This document shows positions 58,212-64,000 of a DNA stretch of 64,000 nucleotides, piece by piece. How positions within the stretch are numbered: the stretch's first letter is position 1; each line of letters opens with the position of its first letter. A model generated the notes under the pieces. The model did not search any database and was not told the DNA's origin. It saw nothing but the letters and a program-made list of their open reading frames with translations. The DNA is from Candidatus Poribacteria bacterium. Its GTDB lineage: Bacteria > Poribacteria > WGA-4E > WGA-3G. The stretch is taken from NCBI GenBank assembly GCA_965215265.1, contig OZ244048.1, forward strand, positions 1,312,001 through 1,376,000, written 5' to 3'. A program made the position numbers and the translations under genes.

Positions 58212-58240
58212 ATGATAACAGTTTTGTGAAATTATGTCAA
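58212..58240 (-). promoter_or_regulatory. sigma70-type promoter of uppP (probably leaderless transcript)
   Basis: TTGACA-N17-TATCAT, 7 nt before the ATG. Confidence 0.65.
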
Positions 58241-58695
58241 TGATTTTAGCAGCGCATTTACCCCACGGAAACTAAGTCACGAATACAGAAAAAGAGTGGA
58301 CATTTCTTTTAGATTGCAGGTATAATTAACTTTACAAAGTGAGTTGCCGAAACCGTTTGAGGCAACATCCGTAAAATGGATTGACATTTTTTGTATTGTA
58401 ACCCTTTTACAACCCATAACGTTTCTATAAGTGTGACGAAGTCGTTTGGAGCCCTGTGTCTAAATTCGTCTGCAAATAGATACAAGGCTCAATTTCAGGA
58501 ATTCGAAAAAAAGAATTGAATTTTCTCAGATTGCGGGTATCATGATAGATATAAGAGAAAAAAGTCGGCTTTTTTTCGCGTTTTGTTTTATGGTATAATA
58601 TAGCTAAAGTGTTTTTTTTTGGGTTCTATAACTTAGTCAGAAGACTATAAAGTTTATTCCGTCACGGGATAAAGAATAACAAGGAGTTAGATAAG

Positions 58696-60351
58696 ATGAA
58701 GAGAAGAATGCACCCCCCCCACCTCCTTCTATATGTTAAGTATTTTATTTGCGTGTTGAGTGGCGGATTTATCTCATCTGTAATTTCGATAGCCGGGATT
58801 GCGATGTTAGCCGCACCGATGGCTACCGTGGAGGCAGCGAAACCGACGTTAGAGTCTGTTGAGATAGAGAGTGAAGGTCCACATACAGGCGATTCGCTCT
58901 ATTCGTACAGCAGGCAAAGGTTAATTAGAGATTGGGAGGATAATACCGATCCCGCGAGTAGAACCGCGGCTCGGGAGGATCTAGTAGCAAACCATACATC
59001 GGGCATTCTGACTGCTCCGGGGTACTCCAACCCCACCATGGGCCAAGAGGTTAAATTTTTCAGTAGTACAGATAAAATCGTTTTTAAGTTGACATTTAAT
59101 ATAGATGTCAAAGTCCAGCACGATGGAAGGTCCGCTCTGCCGGCCCTGGCGCTAGATATGGACGGTGAGAGCGACCTCGTTGGCACTACACTACGTGCCG
59201 TCTATGATCCAGTAAAGACCGGGGCGCGAACCGATGATAAAGTCGTATATTTCACATACACGGTGCAAGACGGTGATGACGTTTTCGGCGATGGCGTTGA
59301 TATAGATCGCGATCCGGATCCCTATTATGACGATGCAAATAATTTCATCATAGATAATGATGCTACCGTCGAGTCCCCCCCCGCGAACACCGGCGATACT
59401 GATAAGTGGAAAACTAGCTCGACTTATACGCGGATATACTTTGACAAGCTTTGGTCGGGCTTTTACGGCCGGGTTTGGCCGCCGCCGAACCCTTCTGATC
59501 ATGACGGTCTTAAGTATCTCATAGATACTATCCGGGCGAATGTGAGGATCCCTGGGCTGATCAAGGCCGGGACTCATGATGAGATGGGTTTCCGCACCGA
59601 CTATGTGGATTTTTCAACGACAGCACCCGATGCGGCTGTTACCGAACGTGACACTCAGACAGAGTCCTTTGATGTGGAATTTCTATTCTACAATTATGGG
59701 ATTGGAACTGACGATGATGGTGTGATTGCAGATACCACGCGAGGCTTCGAGGCGACGGACATCACGCTCAAGGTAGATGACACCGCGGTGACACTGGGCA
59801 CCACCGCGGCTGATTGGCAGGTTTCAGCCCCGATGTTAATCGGCTTAGACCATCGGGATCCCGGTTTTAATAATCCGAGTATAGATGATAGCGGGAGGGT
59901 GAAACATAGTTCCGCCTTCAAAGTCTACAGAGCGACTATCACGCCGCCGTCGGCTTTTGACGGAAATGTGGAAATAACGGTGCCAGAGAATGCCACCATG
60001 GACATAGCGGGCAACCTGAGCCTGGCCTCGAATACGCTGACGGTGCCTGTAAATACAAGCGTCGAGGTGACCATTCCGGATGAGACGCTCCGTGCGAAAA
60101 TCAAGGAGACACTCAACATCGCCGCGGGGACGGCTGTGACCTCGGTACATATGCTAGACTTGACAAGCCTAGATTTAGGTGGCTCAGACGTTAGCAAGCT
60201 GACTGGACTTGAATACGCCACCAACTTGGAAGAGTTGGATCTCGGGGGTACGCAAGTAGAGGATGTCTCGCCGCTGGCAAACCTCACGAACTTGAGAGTG
60301 CTGGATCTCAGTGATACGCAAGTATCGGATATCTCGCCGCTGGCAAATTAA
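58696..60351 (+). CDS. Secreted protein with Ig-like segments and internalin-type LRRs; C-terminally truncated
   Basis: AAGGAG RBS, N-terminal hydrophobic segment, FTYTVQDGD, A.DIAGN, IPDETLRAKI cap, LTGLEYATNL and DVSPLANLTNL repeats; ends mid-repeat. Confidence 0.8.
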   Translation: MKRRMHPPHLLLYVKYFICVLSGGFISSVISIAGIAMLAAPMATVEAAKPTLESVEIESEGPHTGDSLYSYSRQRLIRDWEDNTDPASRTAAREDLVANHTSGILTAPGYSNPTMGQEVKFFSSTDKIVFKLTFNIDVKVQHDGRSALPALALDMDGESDLVGTTLRAVYDPVKTGARTDDKVVYFTYTVQDGDDVFGDGVDIDRDPDPYYDDANNFIIDNDATVESPPANTGDTDKWKTSSTYTRIYFDKLWSGFYGRVWPPPNPSDHDGLKYLIDTIRANVRIPGLIKAGTHDEMGFRTDYVDFSTTAPDAAVTERDTQTESFDVEFLFYNYGIGTDDDGVIADTTRGFEATDITLKVDDTAVTLGTTAADWQVSAPMLIGLDHRDPGFNNPSIDDSGRVKHSSAFKVYRATITPPSAFDGNVEITVPENATMDIAGNLSLASNTLTVPVNTSVEVTIPDETLRAKIKETLNIAAGTAVTSVHMLDLTSLDLGGSDVSKLTGLEYATNLEELDLGGTQVEDVSPLANLTNLRVLDLSDTQVSDISPLAN

Positions 60352-60406
60352 CAACTTAACTCGGAAGAATAAACTCAGTGAAATCTAAGTTAACCTAGCC
60401 TAACCT

Positions 60407-60451
60407 AAACCAGGGGCAGCCACCTTCATATGGCTGCCCCTGGTTTTTTTT
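60407..60451 (+). terminator. Strong intrinsic terminator
   Basis: AAACCAGGGGCAGCCA-N8-TGGCTGCCCCTGGTTT followed by a T-run. Confidence 0.9.
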
Positions 60452-60503
60452 GTTTTCAGAGAAGCACCGAGGCCGCCTTGAGAAGCGACATCTGGAGACG
60501 GCC

Positions 60504-60533
60504 TTGACAAAATAATAGGGAGGCTGCTATACT
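60504..60533 (+). promoter_or_regulatory. sigma70-type promoter
   Basis: TTGACA-N18-TATACT with extended -10 TG. Confidence 0.6.
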
Positions 60534-60566
60534 TTATTATGAGAAGTGGAGCGTCTAAGCAGATAG

Positions 60567-61727
60567 ATGAGGCAAACTACGGCACCAGAGACATCCAAAG
60601 AAACACAAAGCAAACGGCAGTTTTGGGACCCTTTCTTCAAAGAGTTCCTGGCCCTGCTGTTCTCTGGGCTGGGTGCCTCTATCCAGACAGAGATAGAAGT
60701 CAACCGGTTACCGCAGCGTATAGATGCACTCGCTCTCCTCGAAAGTGCCGCAGCCCGGGCGAGAGTGCGGGCCAATCCGCTGCTCTCTTACTTACGCACG
60801 TATAATCTGTTCGAGTTCAAAGGGCAGAACGACCTGTTGAATGGTTCGGAGTATCACCGGATTTCTATGCGTGCGTGCGGCTATCTCGCAGCGCATAAGG
60901 TGCCAGACACGGAAGTTACCTTGACGATAGTGTCGTCTCGGAAGCCGCGGGCACTGCTTACCCACCCGCCTTTTGGGGTATCCTGGGTGCAGCTCGCCCC
61001 TGGACATTATCGGCACCGGGAAGATCTGCCGGTGCATCTATTGGTTTGTAATGAAGTGGAGGTGGTTGAGCCGAATTATTGGTTGCTGCTGTTTGCGTCG
61101 TCGCGGAAACAGTTTCGTGCGTTCCTGCGGCGGGTGATAACGGAAGAGAATACGTTATATTTTGACTCCGCGTTGTATTTGCAGCCGGAAGTCACGGAGG
61201 AGGTTTGTGAAATGGAAGGACATCAAGATTTATTTCAGAGTCGTCTTCGCGAAGTTGCGACGACTTTGGGTCCGAAGTTGCTGTCTGCACTGACATCGGA
61301 GGAGCGTGCGGACATGCTGGCCCGCTTGAGTCCTCAAGACCGGGCGGATCTGCTCGCACGGCTGCCCGCTGAAGACCGGGCGGACATGTTAGCAAGGTTA
61401 TCTACGGCAGACCGTGCGGATATGTTGGCGAGTTTACCGGTTGCGGAGCGTGCGGATATGTTGGCGAGTTTACCGGTTGCGGAGCGTGCGGATATGTTGA
61501 CGAGTTTACCGGTTGCGGAGCGTGCGGATATGTTGGCGAGTTTACCGGTTGCGGAGCGTGCGGACATGTTGGCACGGCTGGGTCCCGAAGCGCGTGCGGA
61601 CATGTTGGCACGGCTGGCGGCGATGCCTGACGCTGAATGGGTAGAGGTGCTCCGGGGCTTGTCGATGGAGATGCGTGTGAAACTGGCGCGGCAGTTGTTG
61701 GCTGCAGAGAATCGAACGGAGGAGTAG
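60567..61727 (+). CDS. PD-(D/E)XK nuclease-like (Rpn-like) protein with C-terminal 12-aa repeats
   Basis: DPFFKE, QRIDAL...FEFKG; paralog of 34423-35301. Confidence 0.78.
   Translation: MRQTTAPETSKETQSKRQFWDPFFKEFLALLFSGLGASIQTEIEVNRLPQRIDALALLESAAARARVRANPLLSYLRTYNLFEFKGQNDLLNGSEYHRISMRACGYLAAHKVPDTEVTLTIVSSRKPRALLTHPPFGVSWVQLAPGHYRHREDLPVHLLVCNEVEVVEPNYWLLLFASSRKQFRAFLRRVITEENTLYFDSALYLQPEVTEEVCEMEGHQDLFQSRLREVATTLGPKLLSALTSEERADMLARLSPQDRADLLARLPAEDRADMLARLSTADRADMLASLPVAERADMLASLPVAERADMLTSLPVAERADMLASLPVAERADMLARLGPEARADMLARLAAMPDAEWVEVLRGLSMEMRVKLARQLLAAENRTEE
61212..61727 (+). CDS. Predicted nested in-frame protein (171 aa, RpnS-like)
   Basis: GGAGGAGGT ending at 61204, 7-nt spacer, in-frame ATG. 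Confidence 0.55.
   Translation: MEGHQDLFQSRLREVATTLGPKLLSALTSEERADMLARLSPQDRADLLARLPAEDRADMLARLSTADRADMLASLPVAERADMLASLPVAERADMLTSLPVAERADMLASLPVAERADMLARLGPEARADMLARLAAMPDAEWVEVLRGLSMEMRVKLARQLLAAENRTEE
61302..61625 (+). repeat. 9 x 36-bp coding tandem repeat (ERADMLASLPVA)
   Basis: Central four units are nearly identical at the DNA level. Confidence 0.92.
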
Positions 61728-61947
61728 CACGGTAGGTGCACCTGCGGCTCACCCGCTGCTGCTTTTGTCAGCGAGATAATGGTAAACAGGAATGACGGCC
61801 GCCAACTGCAGAGGCCTGAACTTCACAATAAGTCGCATACGCAAGGGGCCAACCTTAATCAGTTTTTGGTTTTGGGGAAAGGTGATGACAGTTCCGATGT
61901 GAGCAAGGGGCCGGGCGGATAGCGTGCTCCGCCCGGAACTTAGAAAG

Positions 61948-62169
61948 GTTGATGGTACGGAGAGATATAAAAAATGGATATAAACATAAGCAGGCTCTGG
62001 CGAGATTTACATCTGATTTTACACAACCTAAGCACCGATGGTATTGAAATATACAAAAAAATGAATCTAAACAGAGAGAGGATTTGGGGTCGCCCGCCCA
62101 CCCAAATCCTTGAGATTTGACACAGTTTTATCAAAACATCAGGCGTTGCCGTGCTGCAGTATACAAAAA
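61948..62169 (+). repeat. Cluster of 60-bp dispersed units (partial 61948-61973; full 62000-62059 and 62110-62169) with a 10-bp hairpin between the full units
   Basis: GAGATTT...TATACAAAAA at 60-bp length; AGGATTTGGG-N12-CCCAAATCCT at 62079-62110. Confidence 0.8.
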
Positions 62170-62176
62170 AAATGTT

Positions 62177-63253
62177 TTACGGGATGGGTAAATGTGCGAC
62201 AACGCCTGCATGGTCTGATGGCCACAGCCCGGACGGTAGCAGGTCTGAAGGCTTATCCCCCACGGTGTGTGTGATGATAGGCATTCCTACTTCAAAATTC
62301 TTGACAAAAATCTGGTCAATGCGCTTTGTTAATTGACTGCTTTGATTTTCCAGCATTGCAGCTTGACAACAAGTGTTTCCAGTGCCTTCTGTAGGCATCT
62401 GCCAGGTGTCGACGTATCCGTCTGACAGTAAGATTTGATAAGCTGTTCCGTCTGGCGCTGCGGTGTTGAAATCTCCCAATAAGATAATAGGCAAAGTTTC
62501 ATCGCGAAGTGCCTGAATCAGTTCGTGAGTTTGGGCGATGCGAATCGTTTCGGCAAACGCCTCCAGATGTGTATTGACAACGCGATAGGTAACGCCGGAG
62601 ATAGTTGCGTCGATTGCTGTATATCCGCGTGGTACGCTAAAGTTAAGGGGTTCAATTAACAGGGCTGTCGGGTACGTTTGACTGCTGCTCCGTGATACTT
62701 CAACGTCGCTGCGTGCGAGGATAACATCATAGTCGGTTAACCGAATATCATCAACGCCGGTATCGGAAAACATAGGCATTTCAATGTCAATGTTTTGAAC
62801 TTTAGCAGCAACTTTATAATTTAAGTCCTCGGCTTGCAGTGCGGCGAGCAAAATTTCAAGGAAATCCAAAATGACTGTTTCAGCAGGGACTTCACCGCCT
62901 GCGATTCTATCGCCAGGGGTTTGCCGTCGCACCAATGAAATTTCCTGCAATCCAATGAGGTGAGGCTGAGATGCCTGGATGGATTTAACAATCGCCTTAG
63001 CTCGTGCTGGAAAATCAGAGGCGATGACTTGATTGTACATATCAGTGACTGCCCGGGGTATCTCCAATAGATTCGTTGTATCCAAAATGGATTCAGCACT
63101 TGCCCCTACATAGACGTTGTAAGTCATCACCGTAAGCGGTGCGTCAAAAGAGATAGAAGTGTCAGGGGGTGTGACGGTATCGGTTATTTTTTCGCAGGCT
63201 GAAAGGGTGACTAGTATTAAGATTAACGAAAAAAGAATTTTTACTCTATACAT
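62177..63253 (-). CDS. Endonuclease/exonuclease/phosphatase (EEP) family lipoprotein
   Basis: MYRVKILF...LSAC lipobox, MTYNV, GLQE, NTHL, LGDFN, RIDQIF, SDH. Confidence 0.9.
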   Translation of the reverse strand: MYRVKILFSLILILVTLSACEKITDTVTPPDTSISFDAPLTVMTYNVYVGASAESILDTTNLLEIPRAVTDMYNQVIASDFPARAKAIVKSIQASQPHLIGLQEISLVRRQTPGDRIAGGEVPAETVILDFLEILLAALQAEDLNYKVAAKVQNIDIEMPMFSDTGVDDIRLTDYDVILARSDVEVSRSSSQTYPTALLIEPLNFSVPRGYTAIDATISGVTYRVVNTHLEAFAETIRIAQTHELIQALRDETLPIILLGDFNTAAPDGTAYQILLSDGYVDTWQMPTEGTGNTCCQAAMLENQSSQLTKRIDQIFVKNFEVGMPIITHTVGDKPSDLLPSGLWPSDHAGVVAHLPIP

Positions 63254-63254
63254 A

Positions 63255-63306
63255 TTTTTGTATATTTCAGCCCTCCAACGGCTGATGTTTTTTGTATATT
63301 TCAGCC
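63255..63306 (-). repeat. Two partial dispersed units (37 bp and 18 bp)
   Basis: TTTTTGTATATTTCAGCC at 63255 and 63289; 63255-63291 is a 31/37 inverted match to 62133-62169. Confidence 0.8.
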
Positions 63307-64000
63307 TAAAAAGTAGACGAAATAGACATTGCACAGTTTGCTTTTATAAGTTCTCCGTCCAAGGTTGTTAACTTGACTCGCAAAATGTGGTTAATGGTTG
63401 AAACTGGTGTTTGTACTAAAACGCGTAGATAGTTATCAGTAAAACCGGCCAGTTGTTGTGGTTTTCCTTCGGTGCTATGTTCAACTAACACGTTCTTATA
63501 TTTTCCAAGCATGCGTCTGCGAAAGGCGATGCCGAGTTGTTTCCCGACTTCAATCATAATACGGCTTCGCGCTGCAGAGACCTCAGGTGAGACGTGTGCC
63601 TCGTAATTCGCAGCCGGGGTCCCTTTACGCGGCGAGTAACGAAACACGTGCATCTGACTGAACCCAATTTTTTTAACAAACTGGAGAGAGTTTTCGAAAT
63701 CAGCAACCGTCTCGCCGGGGAATCCTACCATAATATCTGTGGTGATTCCGACATCGTCTGTAAAGAGGGTGCGTAGCCTATCAACGAGGTGCGAAAATTG
63801 AGAAGTGGTATACCGTCTGCGCATGCGCTGCAAGACGTTATCCGACCCGGATTGAATAGGGAGATGGAAGTGTGGCATACATTTCGGCAGTGCGGCCATC
63901 CGCTCGGCTATGATGTCGGGGAAGTACATGGGCTCAATTGAGCTGAAACGGATGCGGGCGATGTCATCAATACGATGAATACGCTCTAATATGTCTGCAA
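63306..64000 (-). CDS. mtaB: tRNA methylthiotransferase, MtaB/MiaB family (5' part outside the window)
   Basis: RIRFSSIEP, HFHLPIQSGSD.VL..MRR.Y, TDIMVGFPGET, HVFRYSPRKGT, G.TDNY. Confidence 0.85.
   Translation of the reverse strand, partial: ADILERIHRIDDIARIRFSSIEPMYFPDIIAERMAALPKCMPHFHLPIQSGSDNVLQRMRRRYTTSQFSHLVDRLRTLFTDDVGITTDIMVGFPGETVADFENSLQFVKKIGFSQMHVFRYSPRKGTPAANYEAHVSPEVSAARSRIMIEVGKQLGIAFRRRMLGKYKNVLVEHSTEGKPQQLAGFTDNYLRVLVQTPVSTINHILRVKLTTLDGELIKANCAMSISSTF

Noticed and set aside
58385-58470. Possible additional degenerate 60-bp unit on the minus strand
   Set aside because: Only scattered partial matches, and the 60-bp spacing is not preserved.
61948-63306. 60-bp units as integron attC sites
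   Set aside because: No RYYYAAC/GTTRRRY ends, no internal palindrome, and no integron integrase seen.
413-63776. Numerous 60-220-aa antisense or overlapping ORFs in the six-frame track (e.g. 8481-9092, 20312-20980, 41344-41970)
   Set aside because: Shadows of well-supported genes on the opposite strand or frame, with no motifs or RBS.

Overview
About 50 protein-coding genes from a diderm bacterium. LamG, WD40, LRR and PD40 secreted proteins, the C-terminal V-x4-K-x-[AT]-T-x-W-G-x-x-K motif and FlgD/T9SS-like C-terminal domains suggest Ca. Poribacteria; this is inference from protein style, not from a marker gene. Housekeeping genes (hisD, murA, truA, hisC, ispG, uppP, mtaB, BamA family, sugar and peptide ABC transporters, TRAP) are interspersed with accessory DNA: a Type III-like restriction-modification pair, three PD-(D/E)XK Rpn-like genes and many decayed gene fragments. 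I recognised no rRNA, tRNA, CRISPR array, integrase or DDE transposase. Four signals are not explained by the ORF track. (1) An outer-membrane barrel gene whose true 5' end reads through two in-frame UGA codons forming a UxxU motif right after a signal peptide, followed by a hairpin: a candidate double-selenocysteine protein. (2) A dispersed 60-bp unit (ACGAGATTTA...TATACAAAAA; 8 full and 3 partial copies) that brackets accessory genes in inverted orientation. (3) A 3-kb island with 210-bp inverted repeats and nested ~130-bp duplications of gene 3' ends. (4) The same internal GGAGGT-N7-ATG restart site in all three Rpn-like genes, each preceding a different tandem-repeat C-terminal module.
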